NCBI GenBank assembly: GCA_963714015.1
Contig: OY970223.1
Coordinates: 192,001-256,000 of the forward strand
DNA length: 64,000 bases
Direction: 5' to 3'
Source of the DNA: Vulcanimicrobiota bacterium
GTDB taxonomy: Bacteria; Vulcanimicrobiota; Vulcanimicrobiia; Vulcanimicrobiales; Vulcanimicrobiaceae
The position numbers and the translations under genes are program-made. Below, piece by piece: positions 18,847 to 28,763 of the stretch; positions within the stretch are counted from its first letter, which is position 1; the number at the start of each line of letters is the position of its first letter. A model generated the notes under the pieces. That model did no database searches. It was not told the DNA's origin and saw nothing but the letters and a program-made list of their open reading frames with translations.

Positions 18847-20399
18847 GAGCGTTTGATCCAAAGCAGCATCGCGTCGGGACGCTCGCGCGGAAGCACGATC
18901 GGTATCTGACGCACGCAACAGCCGACGGAATCGGAAAGTTCGAGCGCGTCGTGCATGTCGCCCAACAGATAAGCGTTCGTCCGTAGCGGTATCGAGGATG
19001 CGTTCTGCGCGACAAGCTGCATTCGCACGTCCGGAGAAAGATAGAACGCCAAATCGAGCGCGTCCGCCCAGCGACCCGAGGATTGCGGAACGATCACGAG
19101 CGCATTGCGTGTCGCGTCGAGGGGCTTGCTGTCCGCAAGGACCCAGCCGTTGAAGTCGTTGTCCCACCACACCGGCGCGCGCAGGCCCGTATAGCCGCAG
19201 AGCGCTCCTGCCGCCATGAGCAGCGCTGCGGCGCCGATCCAAGCCGAACGCGGCGCGCCCTCATGCCTGCGGATCTCGAAGGCAAGGTATCCGGCGACGC
19301 ATACGATGAGCATCAGCCAGATCGGCGTCCCGTACCGCGGCACGGTCGAGCGATGATCGTGCAGCACGAGGTCCGAGATGACGAGCGCAAGTACGGGAAC
19401 CGCCAGGAGCGCCGCGATCATCGTCCGATTTGCTGCCCCGCTTCGCGCGACGCACCAGTAGATCGCCGCACAGACCAGCAGCGCCAAAGGCAAGAGCATG
19501 AGCGCAGCTTTACCGTGCGCGTACTGCAGGTCGAAAAAGGTCGCGCCCGCTTCGAACGTCCAGCTCTTCAAGTACCAGACCAGCGGCCAAGCACCGGCAC
19601 TCCACGAAAGCGAATCCGCTAAGCCGGTGCGCGTGCGAGCGATGACGACCGCCCACGGAATGAATGCGGCAATGGCGATGCAGGCCGCTATGGCGAAGCG
19701 GCGCAGATCGGAGGCGCGCAACCGAAACGCGGCGTAAACGGCATGCGCGGCAAGCGTAATCACAAAAAGGCCGTCGGTGTACATTCCCAACACCGCGACG
19801 ACGCCGTACAGAATCCACCACCGCGGCCTTCCTGTCCGCTGCGCCCGCAATAGCGCCGCGGTTGCGACTGCGAATAGCAGCGCCCAGAGACTATATTCCT
19901 TTGCCTGCTGCGAATACACGATCAGCATCGGCGAGACCGCCGCAAGTGAAAAGCCGAGCAGCGCCGCGAGTCTATTTCCGAAGATCTCCAAGCACAGCCA
20001 GCCCGCGGCAAACGGGACGAGCAATCCGAAGATCAGCGCCGGCAAGCGCAGGCTGACGATCGACGTGCCCGCAATACGCGTCCATAACGCGGAGACCACG
20101 TAGTACAGCGGCGGATGTTTCGCGTCTTCAGCGGCAAGCGACGAGACCGTCTTACTAATAGGCTCCCGCTCGCTGCTGCGCCCGGCGAACGCCAGCACTT
20201 CAGCCGCAGTCGCGGTTCGGCCTTGCAACGCATCCAAGAATTCGCTGCGGGTGTGGCCCGCAATGCGAAGAGCGGTGACGGCTTCGTCGCTCCAAAAGAG
20301 GCGCGAATGTTCGCCGGCGACGCGCAGCGCGAAACCGCCCAGCGCAAATGCCGCGCAGATTGCGACCAGCGCGAAGAGCGCGGGATTAAGCCGCGGCAC
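18843..20399 (-). CDS. GT-C fold glycosyltransferase (GT39/PMT-like)
   Basis: FWSDE, HPPLYY, LRLP, SP...YSQ.A..Y, multi-TM. Confidence 0.75.
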   Translation of the reverse strand: MPRLNPALFALVAICAAFALGGFALRVAGEHSRLFWSDEAVTALRIAGHTRSEFLDALQGRTATAAEVLAFAGRSSEREPISKTVSSLAAEDAKHPPLYYVVSALWTRIAGTSIVSLRLPALIFGLLVPFAAGWLCLEIFGNRLAALLGFSLAAVSPMLIVYSQQAKEYSLWALLFAVATAALLRAQRTGRPRWWILYGVVAVLGMYTDGLFVITLAAHAVYAAFRLRASDLRRFAIAACIAIAAFIPWAVVIARTRTGLADSLSWSAGAWPLVWYLKSWTFEAGATFFDLQYAHGKAALMLLPLALLVCAAIYWCVARSGAANRTMIAALLAVPVLALVISDLVLHDHRSTVPRYGTPIWLMLIVCVAGYLAFEIRRHEGAPRSAWIGAAALLMAAGALCGYTGLRAPVWWDNDFNGWVLADSKPLDATRNALVIVPQSSGRWADALDLAFYLSPDVRMQLVAQNASSIPLRTNAYLLGDMHDALELSDSVGCCVRQIPIVLPRERPDAMLLWIKRS

Positions 20400-21624
20400 G
20401 GCCGCCGGAGAGAAGCGGCCGCAGCCACTCCGTCATGTGCAGAATGTACCAATCCCGGCGGAAAGCCTCGCCGTTGCGCGATCCGGCACGGGCGGCGCCC
20501 TGCTCCACTGCAATCTCGAGCGGCATGTCCTGCAATGCCAGTTCGAGCAAAACGCCGGGGCGATCGCTCGAGAACGGAATACCGCGCAGGCGGACGATTT
20601 GTTCGAAGAGTTCGCCGAGCTTCGCTGCCGGACTTGCCTTCGGAAAACGATCGGCGGTGAGGCTCAAGGCCACGGGGCGATCGGGCGCACTGCTCACGAG
20701 CGCGAGGAAGAAACGCAGGTCCGGCTCCCGCACGGCGTTCATTGCATCCTTGACGAACCGCAGCCTAACGCGTTGTGAGAGTGCCGAATCGAGCACAGCG
20801 GCCAGCTCTCGATGATGCGGTGCGATGTGTGCGATCAAACCGGAGAGGATCGAAGGCTCGGTCCCGCTGCCTCCGGCCTCAAGCCGCTGGCGAACAATCC
20901 GCTGCGCCGCCCATAGATCGCCTGAATCGATCAGTCGCAGCGCTTCCCGCTCGTACAAGCGAGGATCCGCTTTGTACAGCGTGCGCAGCAGGGCCAGGTG
21001 CGTGCGCAGCGGTTCCATTTCAAATTGCGGATCGAACGCCAGACCCGGAGTGATAAAGTTATACGGCTCGTACTTGAGGTCGTGCAGCGTCCGGATGACC
21101 AGGCTGATCGAAGGCGCGTCCAAATGCAGAAGCGCGTGTATAAACTTTCCGCCTTGTTCGATCGTCCGCACGTCCCCCGCGCGCAGATGTTCCGCACGTT
21201 TGAATCGCAGATCGCCCAGCGCCAGCTGCGGCGTGACGCGCTCGTGCCGATCGAAGGTGTACTCCGCGTGAACGCTCGATCCCCGAACGACGCCCCAGGC
21301 TCCGGCAAACTGGTGCTGATGGATCGCCGTGGGAGCGTCGATCCAGAACAGCAACTGCATCACCATCATATCCGTGCGGTACACGAAGACCGGCGGCTGA
21401 GCGTTGAATCCGAGCCGCTGGGGAACGCCGCAATGTCCGAAAATCCAATCGGTTATTCGATCGAGCGGGATCGACCGCCAGTCGCCGTTTTCGAGCAAAG
21501 CTTCCTGCGCGATGCGCGGGAAGAGGGCTGCATCAAACGCACAGGCCTCCCAACGCCGCGAAACCGCGTCGCCGAGAGACCTGAAGACGTCGAGGTCTTC
21601 TGAAACCGGGGCGGAAGCCGTCAT
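20386..21624 (-). CDS. Hypothetical protein with cupin-like HxH...H metal motif
   Basis: FW....TAIHQHQFAGAW.V..G.S.H...IH.L.H pattern. Confidence 0.55.
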   Translation of the reverse strand: MTASAPVSEDLDVFRSLGDAVSRRWEACAFDAALFPRIAQEALLENGDWRSIPLDRITDWIFGHCGVPQRLGFNAQPPVFVYRTDMMVMQLLFWIDAPTAIHQHQFAGAWGVVRGSSVHAEYTFDRHERVTPQLALGDLRFKRAEHLRAGDVRTIEQGGKFIHALLHLDAPSISLVIRTLHDLKYEPYNFITPGLAFDPQFEMEPLRTHLALLRTLYKADPRLYEREALRLIDSGDLWAAQRIVRQRLEAGGSGTEPSILSGLIAHIAPHHRELAAVLDSALSQRVRLRFVKDAMNAVREPDLRFFLALVSSAPDRPVALSLTADRFPKASPAAKLGELFEQIVRLRGIPFSSDRPGVLLELALQDMPLEIAVEQGAARAGSRNGEAFRRDWYILHMTEWLRPLLSGGRAAA

Positions 21625-21693
21625 AATCCGATTTCAGAATACAGGGAACGGTTTAGACCCTTATACCTGCAAGGTGCCTATGAAGGCATGATA

Positions 21694-23358
21694 CTAAAGG
21701 GCCCAGCTCCCGAAGGATTGGTAACGGGGATCGTTCACCCAGGAGCCGCTCGTGGTAGACCCCAGGCCGATCGCGCTATATGAGCCGCCGCCGTCGTCGC
21801 CGTCCCAGATGCTGGCGTTGACGATACATGCGATCTGGGGATCGGCAAAAGCCGTGCCGTACGCGAGCGACATGTCGAGCGCGGCGACCTGCGGATCCTC
21901 GGACCACGCATCGTTTTGGTCGCTGGCAAAACCGGATTCGGTCAGGCAGATTTTGACCCCCGAATCGTTATTGGCGTTCGCGATCGCCTCGATGCCTTTG
22001 TAGTTCTGCCATTGTCCTTCGAACGTGGGTCCCCAGTACACCGTCGGGTCCATCTGCCAGGCGAAGTTGTGAATCGAAATCCCGTCCCAACAGTTTCCGG
22101 TGCGGCATCCGGCTGCGTAGATGTTCGTCATATCGCTGAACATGTTCGTGTGCTCGCCGCCGCCGTTGGCTAGCGCCGGGCCGTAGACGAATAGGCTGGG
22201 ATCGTTCGCCTTTACGGCCGCATAACCGGCTCGGAGGAAGGCGGCAATTCCGGGTCCGGTATCCGAATCGTAGAACCAATAGCTTTGGTTCGGCTCGTTC
22301 AACAGCTCGACTTGGGTGATCTGCGGAAGGTTCTGCTGCGCCATCTGCTGGTTATGCTGCACGATCCATTGCGTCACCGTTCCGGCGTACGTACCGTAGT
22401 CCGAAACGTTTGCAAAGGCTTTGTTCATGCCGACCGTCTGCTGAAATCTCGTTCCGCCATACTGGAGAATAATAGGAAACATCGAGATGCCGTGCTGCGC
22501 CAAATGCGTGGCGATGTAGTCGTAAGTGGTCCAGTTTGCGTCTAGGCCGTTGAGATTGCCTTGCAAGCCGCCCCAAATGAACGAAGCCTGAATCTCTACG
22601 CGGGCACACGTCGCGCCGGCGTTCGCCGCGGCTTGTTCCGCTGAATCGATGAGCGCGTTCGCCGGACCGTTCGGAATGTTTTGGCACGGATTCTGGTCAC
22701 AATTGCGGATTGTTTGCTCCTGCAACGTCCACGTGTGCCCCATGACGCAGTAGCGGCTGCGCGGCGACGGCGGATGGTTCACCTGCGGCATGGGAACGGG
22801 CGACTGCGTCGTCACGTTGAACGTTGCACCATTGGTCGTGATAGTGTACATGACCCCGGGCGTGCGGCGCCAGCGAATGCCGACGCTGTTGGCGCCGACG
22901 CCGCCGTAAGCGTAAACGGTTTCGGAAGGCGAGACACTGGCGACGGTTTGAACCGGGCCTTTTGCCAAGTGCAGAATGAGCGGCGCGTCATAAGGAACTG
23001 CCGACGCGTTGGAAACGGGTGCGCACACGCTCGGGCCGGTTTGCACGCACGCCGACAAAACGCCGAACGGCGTCGGTACTGCCGAAGGCGTCGGCACCGG
23101 ACTGGCGGTCGGAGACGGCGTGTGATATGGCGATCCGGTCGGGTACGGCGTGTGAAACGGCGATCCGGTCGGGTACGGCGTGCGGTACGGTGAGGGCGAA
23201 ACGGATGGACGAGGCGTCGGAGTGCCGCTCGCGATGCCGGTGCCTCCTTGCGCACTGTTCGCGGGAGGTGTAAGTCCGCCGCCTGCGCCTCCGCAAGCGG
23301 TTAGCGCTGCAGCCGAAACGGCCAAGAGCAGCGCGAAAGCGGAACCATTGATTTTCAC
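21694..23358 (-). CDS. Clan GH-A (GH39/GH5-like) glycoside hydrolase lipoprotein with Pro/Thr linker
   Basis: Lipobox LTAC; E..NEPN acid/base, DGIS.H, LTE.G nucleophile. Confidence 0.7.
   Translation of the reverse strand: MKINGSAFALLLAVSAAALTACGGAGGGLTPPANSAQGGTGIASGTPTPRPSVSPSPYRTPYPTGSPFHTPYPTGSPYHTPSPTASPVPTPSAVPTPFGVLSACVQTGPSVCAPVSNASAVPYDAPLILHLAKGPVQTVASVSPSETVYAYGGVGANSVGIRWRRTPGVMYTITTNGATFNVTTQSPVPMPQVNHPPSPRSRYCVMGHTWTLQEQTIRNCDQNPCQNIPNGPANALIDSAEQAAANAGATCARVEIQASFIWGGLQGNLNGLDANWTTYDYIATHLAQHGISMFPIILQYGGTRFQQTVGMNKAFANVSDYGTYAGTVTQWIVQHNQQMAQQNLPQITQVELLNEPNQSYWFYDSDTGPGIAAFLRAGYAAVKANDPSLFVYGPALANGGGEHTNMFSDMTNIYAAGCRTGNCWDGISIHNFAWQMDPTVYWGPTFEGQWQNYKGIEAIANANNDSGVKICLTESGFASDQNDAWSEDPQVAALDMSLAYGTAFADPQIACIVNASIWDGDDGGGSYSAIGLGSTTSGSWVNDPRYQSFGSWAL
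23115..23190. repeat. 30-bp coding tandem repeat, about 2.5 copies (P[Y/F][H/R]TPYPTGS)
   Basis: acggcgtgtga.a.ggcgatccggtcgggt at 23115 and 23145, partial copy at 23175. Confidence 0.8.
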
Positions 23359-23495
23359 CGGGGGAGGTCTCCTAAAAATGCAGCAAGGAATCTCCCCTCA
23401 ATGTCGGCACTTGGCGCCGTTTAAGTTACGTTAATGCGTCAACGGGCAAGCGTTTTATGTTACGTGTTCGTAAAAGAGGCGCCTATTCGAGGGCT

Positions 23496-24668
23496 CTACG
23501 GTAACGTAGCGGACGCCGTGGCGCCGTGCGCCGCGAATTTTGCAAACACCTGGTAGCGCTCATTCGGTACGAAACGATCGTCTTGCAGCGTTCCCAAACC
23601 AATTGCGCCGAAGGGGCCGCCGCCGTCGTCGCCATTCCAAATGCTCGCATTGACGATACACGCAACCTGCGGATCGGCGGCGGAAATCGCGTACGCTTGC
23701 GCCATATGCTGCGCAGCAACGGCGGGGTCTTCGCCCCACGAGGCGTCCCCGCTCGCGAATCCGGTTTCCGTTAGACAGATCTTTACGCCGCGATCGCCGT
23801 TCGCCGCAGCGATCGCTTCAGCGCCGCGATAGTTTAGCCACTGATTTTCGTAGTCGGGGCCACGGTACTCTTGAGGATTCGTTCGCCAAGCAAAGTTGTG
23901 CACCGAGATCCCGTCCCAGCACACGCCCCTTCTGCAACCCGCGGCGTACAAGCCGCTCAAAATGGCAAACATGTTCGTGTGATGGCGGCCGCCGTCGGCA
24001 AGCCCCGGTGCGAAAACGAACAGATCCGGATCCGCCGATTTTACCGCTGCGTATCCGGCTTTCAGGAACTGCGCGATCGTGGGCGCGTCGTCGGGCTGCA
24101 TGAACCAGTAGCTTTGATTCGGTTCGTTCATCAGTTCGACGCGCGTAATCTGCGGCAAGTGCTCGCCGGCCATCTCGCCGTTGTGGCGGAGGATCCAATT
24201 CGTGACGGTGCGCGCAAACTCAGCGTAATCGCCGGCGCTCGTAAACGCACGGTTTCCACCATCGGCGGTGGGAACGAAGCGCGCGCCGCCGTACTGCAGG
24301 ATGATCGGAAACATGGCAATGCCATGCTGCGCGAGATGATCGGCGATGTAATCGTAGCGCCCGAAGCCGGCGCGATCCCCGCTCAAGCTCCCCTGCAGAC
24401 CGCCCCAAATGAATGAAGCCTGAATCTCCACCCGGGCGCACGTTGCGCCGGCTTGGGCGGCCGCTTCTTCGGCCGAGTCGATCGCCGCATTGCGCGACTC
24501 CACGGGAACGTTTTGGTTTCCGACGCGCATTGTCTGCTCTTGCAGCGTCCAGGAATGTCCCATGACGCAGTAGCGTCCCGCCGAAGACGCCGTCGTCACG
24601 GGAGCGGCGCTGGTGGGTGCAAGCGAAAGTAGCAACGCAACGGCGGCCGCGAACACCGCCGCTTTCAT
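23496..24668 (-). CDS. Secreted clan GH-A glycoside hydrolase, paralog of 21694-23358
   Basis: Signal peptide; NEPN and CLTETG motifs; long identical stretches shared with the neighbour. Confidence 0.7.
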   Translation of the reverse strand: MKAAVFAAAVALLLSLAPTSAAPVTTASSAGRYCVMGHSWTLQEQTMRVGNQNVPVESRNAAIDSAEEAAAQAGATCARVEIQASFIWGGLQGSLSGDRAGFGRYDYIADHLAQHGIAMFPIILQYGGARFVPTADGGNRAFTSAGDYAEFARTVTNWILRHNGEMAGEHLPQITRVELMNEPNQSYWFMQPDDAPTIAQFLKAGYAAVKSADPDLFVFAPGLADGGRHHTNMFAILSGLYAAGCRRGVCWDGISVHNFAWRTNPQEYRGPDYENQWLNYRGAEAIAAANGDRGVKICLTETGFASGDASWGEDPAVAAQHMAQAYAISAADPQVACIVNASIWNGDDGGGPFGAIGLGTLQDDRFVPNERYQVFAKFAAHGATASATLP

Positions 24669-25774
24669 AAGGCAGGCACCGATTGCGCGACGTCATCGAG
24701 CGTCGACGATCCGTACACCAGATCCGCAATGGTCTCTTTGAATCGCTGGGTCGAGAAACGCTCGGCGTTCTGCCGGATTGCGGCGGAATTGAAATCCGTG
24801 GATTCGAAGCGCCGAATCGCGAGCGCGAACGCACCGGCGCTTTGCTCTTCGACCAGAATGCCGGTAACGCCGTCGATTACCGTTTCAAGCGCTCCGCCGC
24901 GGCCGAATGCGATCACCGGACGGCCGCAGGCCATCATCTCGACGGGCGCCATGCCGAAGTCTTCGTAGCCCGGGAAGATCATGGCCTTCGCGCCGCGCAT
25001 CAGCGTCAAAAGTTCCTCGTCCGTTACGTGTCCGAGCTGCGTCACGTGGGAAGCGGCAAATGCGGGCGACGTGCAGCCGGCGATCCGCAGCTTTCGCCCC
25101 GCCAGCCGCGTTGCCTGAACTGCAATATCGATCCGTTTATAAGGCACGTTCCGGGATGCGACGAGATAATAATCGCCGGGTGACTGAGCGGCCGGCGTGA
25201 ATCTCTCGACCGAACACGGCGGATAGACGATCATGCTCATACGCGCGTAGTGTTTGGAGATGCGCGTTCGGGTAATCTCGCTGTTGGCCAGAAAGAGGTC
25301 GACGCGATTCGCGGTCATGACGTCCCACTGCCGCATTCGCCGCATGGCTGATGCGCCGAACGGACGCATCGGAGCGGGCAGCGTTCGAAGCTCTTCGTGC
25401 GGGCGTTCCCAAATCGCCCGCATGGGGGTGTGGCAGTAACAGATGTGGCGCTGCCCGGCATGGCGCAGCAAGCCCTTCGCGGCGGTGTGATGCGAGGAAA
25501 CGATCACGTCAAACTCCGAGAGATCGAAGGACTCCACTGCAGCCGGATACAGCGGAACGAATAAGCGGTGGCGTCGTGCCGCGCCGGGAATGCGCTGCAG
25601 GAACGATGGTATCACGCGATCTTTGAGCGAGGCCGGACCGGTTTTCTCCGAGTACAGAATCGCATAGATCGGCGCATCCGGAAAAACTTCGGCAAGACGC
25701 TCGACGACGCGTTCGGCGCCGCCGCGCTGAACCAGCGGGTCGGAGACAATCGCAACGCGCGGCGAGCGTCTCAT
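24665..25774 (-). CDS. Glycosyltransferase family 4
   Basis: GGAERV, YCHTPMR, YKRID, EDFGM.PVE.MACG.PVIA. Confidence 0.9.
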   Translation of the reverse strand: MRRSPRVAIVSDPLVQRGGAERVVERLAEVFPDAPIYAILYSEKTGPASLKDRVIPSFLQRIPGAARRHRLFVPLYPAAVESFDLSEFDVIVSSHHTAAKGLLRHAGQRHICYCHTPMRAIWERPHEELRTLPAPMRPFGASAMRRMRQWDVMTANRVDLFLANSEITRTRISKHYARMSMIVYPPCSVERFTPAAQSPGDYYLVASRNVPYKRIDIAVQATRLAGRKLRIAGCTSPAFAASHVTQLGHVTDEELLTLMRGAKAMIFPGYEDFGMAPVEMMACGRPVIAFGRGGALETVIDGVTGILVEEQSAGAFALAIRRFESTDFNSAAIRQNAERFSTQRFKETIADLVYGSSTLDDVAQSVPAL

Positions 25775-26919
25775 GCTGCCGCTCGCAGCAAGATGTCCGC
25801 AACGCTTTGCGCGTGCGCCTCGGCCGCAAACTGCTGCGCCCAAGCCTTGGCGGCATCGCGATAGGCTTGGCGCCGGTCTTGTGCGAGCAGATCGATTATC
25901 GCCTGCGCGAACGCCGGTTCGTCTGCGCACGGCACCACGCGTCCGCTGACGCCGTCCTGGAGGACTTCGCTTACGCCCGCGTCGGCAAAACAAACGCTTG
26001 GAACGCCGCAAGCGGCCGCTTCGATAACGGATCTTCCGAACGGCTCCCGGTCCGAGCAATTCACATGCACGTCCAATACGGCGTATGCGTTGCGCACGTC
26101 GTCGGTCCATGGAATGAAGCGTACGCAATCCTCGAGCCCCAGTTCCCGCACGGAGCAATGGAGTTCGTCCACGAATTCCGCGTCGCGAAACACAGCCGAG
26201 CCGAAGACGAAGAAACGCGCCGGCATGCGGTCGCGCACGGCGCGAGCAATACGCAGGAACCGGTCGTGGCCCTTCCAGCGATTGATACGCCCGACGATGC
26301 CGATGTGCGGCACGTGCGGTTCGTCCGGGATCTGCATTGCATCGCACGCTTGCGCTCGCGAGGGTACTGCGCGGTACGCAGCCAGATCGAGTGGATTGAA
26401 CACGACTGTCGTTAGCGGGAGAGCGTAGGCGCGCGCGACGGAATCGGATATGGCAATGTGCTGCTGCGCGCAAAAGGAGCAGATCGTCCGCAGAGCGGCA
26501 AGCGGACGCCCTTCTAAAATATCTCGCAGATGCGTCACGCACCGCGTACCGGCCAGGCGCGATGCGGGCGCCCCGACGAAGTGCGCTTTGACGGTGTGCG
26601 TGTAAACGACTTCGATCCGGTTCGCGCGCAGCCACGCTGCCAGACGAATGACCGCCGAAGGCATCGTCACCATGCCGCCCAATCGCGGCCTCTCGCGCTT
26701 AGAGGCGGCTAACGCCGCCGAAACCGAAAGCACCGAAACGTTCAGCCCCAGGTCCCGCAGCCGCTGCGCGTACTTACCGTCGTGAAATACCAGGACGCGC
26801 GGATCGATCGACGACGGCAGATGGGTCAACAGCAGCGCGAAACTCTCCTGAGCTCCGCCCGCTTCGTCGCCGGTCTGATCGACGAACGCTACGCGGAGGC
26901 GCCCGTTGCGGGAAGTCAT
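25771..26919 (-). CDS. Glycosyltransferase family 4
   Basis: GGAQES, VGRI..WKG, EPFGR..IEA.ACG. Confidence 0.9.
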   Translation of the reverse strand: MTSRNGRLRVAFVDQTGDEAGGAQESFALLLTHLPSSIDPRVLVFHDGKYAQRLRDLGLNVSVLSVSAALAASKRERPRLGGMVTMPSAVIRLAAWLRANRIEVVYTHTVKAHFVGAPASRLAGTRCVTHLRDILEGRPLAALRTICSFCAQQHIAISDSVARAYALPLTTVVFNPLDLAAYRAVPSRAQACDAMQIPDEPHVPHIGIVGRINRWKGHDRFLRIARAVRDRMPARFFVFGSAVFRDAEFVDELHCSVRELGLEDCVRFIPWTDDVRNAYAVLDVHVNCSDREPFGRSVIEAAACGVPSVCFADAGVSEVLQDGVSGRVVPCADEPAFAQAIIDLLAQDRRQAYRDAAKAWAQQFAAEAHAQSVADILLRAAA

Positions 26920-27080
26920 CTGTTCGATTATAGAGGCCTGGTCCGCAAGGCCGCGAGAGAAGAACGCCGCCCGTGTGTGGTACGCTCGGCATGGTCGCAT
27001 TGCACCATGCCGAGGTGAACGCGTCGGCGTGGGCCGCGTGGCACTTCTGCCGCTCGCTCCGTAGCCGTAACGTTGACTGG

Positions 27081-27639
27081 ATGCAGCCGATACTGCGGCG
27101 CGCCGCCGATGCCGTTTCAGGTACGCGCGCTTTGCTGTTGGATCGCGACGGCGTAATCAACCGGAAGATCGACCGCGGATACGTGCTCGACTACGATCGG
27201 GATTTTCGATTCGAGCCGGCCTTTCTTTCCGCAGTGCGCCGTTTCTCACGCGCGCGGATCCCGCTCATCGTTGTCTCTAATCAAAGCCTGCATAGAGCGC
27301 GGCTTGATTTCGGCGTCGGGAGAGGTGGGGATCATGCAGCGCATGATCGAGGAGTTGAAAATTTACGAGATCGAGATTTCCGGCTATGCCGTCTGTCCGC
27401 ATCAACCCACCACCGGGTGCGGCTGCCGCAAGCCCGCGGCCGGATTAATTTACGCGGCCGCGGCGCTCTTCGAATTGACGCTCGCGCAGTGCGCGCTCGT
27501 CGGCGACTCCCGAACCGACGTCGAGGCTGCCTCGCTCGCCGGATGCCGGGGAATCCTCGTGCGGCGCGACGATTCCGACTCATTCAGGAGTGCGTTCGAA
27601 GAAGCGTTCGCATTCGTAAACCCGGAGATCGCCGCATGA
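27081..27639 (+). CDS. gmhB: Heptose-1,7-bisphosphate phosphatase-like HAD IIIA enzyme (frameshift near 27289)
   Basis: LDRDGVIN, SNQS, CPH....C.CRKP..G, VGD...D. Confidence 0.75.
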
Positions 27640-28763
27640 AGTTTCTGAACAGTCTTCCGCTGCGCAATGCGTATACCGTCGTGCGAAGCCGCTCGCCGCT
27701 GCGCATCAGACTTCTGCGGCGGCGGCACCGACGTTCCGCCGTATCCGGAAAAGTTCGGCGGCTGCGTGCTCTCGTGCACGATCGACAAATACGCTTACGT
27801 TTCCGTACGGCCGTATGTGAACAGCAAGATTCACGTCATCTCCGAGGATCAAGGGCTGGACATTTACTTCGAGCCCAACGGCGGAGATCGGCTCGAAGGA
27901 CGCCTCGATTTGGCTCAGGCGATCTTCCGGCGGTTTTCGAGCGTCGGACTGGAGTGCCACATTGCAGCCGACGCGCCGCCCGGAAGCGGACTCGGGTCGT
28001 CTTCGAGCATGATCGTCGCGCTCATCGAGGCGCTCTGCCGCGAGCAGGGCGTAACGCTTTCGAAGTATCAGAAGGCCGAGCTCGCCTTTCAAATCGAGCG
28101 CGGGGATCTCGGAATCGTCGGCGGGATGCAGGATCAATATGCGGCTTCGTTCGGCGGCTTCAATTTCATCGAGTTCGACCGCAACGGCGTCTACGTGACG
28201 CCGCTTGCGCTGCAGCCCCGAACTGCTCTCCGAACTGCATTATCATCTGCTGCTGTGCTATACCGGGACGACGCGCGTCTCCAGCAACATTCTTGCCGAG
28301 CAAACCGCCAACGTCGTTCAAGAGCGGGCCGGAAGTCATGGACAGCCTGGCAGGCATGAAACAGCTGGCTCATGCGCTCAAACGGGCGTTTCTGAAAGCG
28401 CAGTTCCTCGACTTCGGACACCTGCTCGACGAGGCATGGGCCCTCAAGCGCGGCTTGGCGTCCGCAATCACCAATCCTCATATCGAGGAGCTGTACGATA
28501 CCGCGAAGACTGCAGGGGCAATCGGCGGCAAGATCCTCGGCGCCGGGGGCGGCGGGCATTTGCTGCTCTTCACGCCGTTCAACAAACGGGGAAAGGTTCG
28601 CGGCGCGCTCGAGGCGGCCGGCGCGCGCATCATCGACTTCCAGTTCGAGGATCAGGGCGCTACGAGCTGGGTGACGACGGACGAAACGTGGGCGCCGGCA
28701 ATTCATCCGGCATCGCCTTCGAACGGAGCTCGCAAAGGGGATCTCGTCCAAGCGCCGTCATGA
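27636..28763 (+). CDS. hddA: GHMP sugar kinase, D,D-heptose-7-phosphate kinase-like (three frameshifts)
   Basis: PLRI(S)F.GGGTD, PPGSGLGSSS, G.QDQYAA.FGGFN, GGKILGAGGGG. Confidence 0.75.
   Translation: MKFLNSLPLRNAYTVVRSRSPLRIRLLRRRHRRSAVSGKVRRLRALVHDRQIRLRFRTAVCEQQDSRHLRGSRAGHLLRAQRRRSARRTPRFGSGDLPAVFERRTGVPHCSRRAARKRTRVVFEHDRRAHRGALPRAGRNAFEVSEGRARLSNRARGSRNRRRDAGSICGFVRRLQFHRVRPQRRLRDAACAAAPNCSPNCIIICCCAIPGRRASPATFLPSKPPTSFKSGPEVMDSLAGMKQLAHALKRAFLKAQFLDFGHLLDEAWALKRGLASAITNPHIEELYDTAKTAGAIGGKILGAGGGGHLLLFTPFNKRGKVRGALEAAGARIIDFQFEDQGATSWVTTDETWAPAIHPASPSNGARKGDLVQAPS

Noticed and set aside
23115..23190. 30-bp repeats as a CRISPR array
   Set aside because: Contiguous in-frame coding repeats without spacers; no cas genes.
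26973..28763. 596-aa ORF as a GmhB-HddA fusion
   Set aside because: Chimeric reading created by frameshifts; the two genes have their own ATGA-coupled stop and start at 27636-27639.
28660..28763. About 100-bp convergent overlap of hddA and the GT4 gene
   Set aside because: Both tails are non-conserved extensions and could reflect another indel; no evidence of function.
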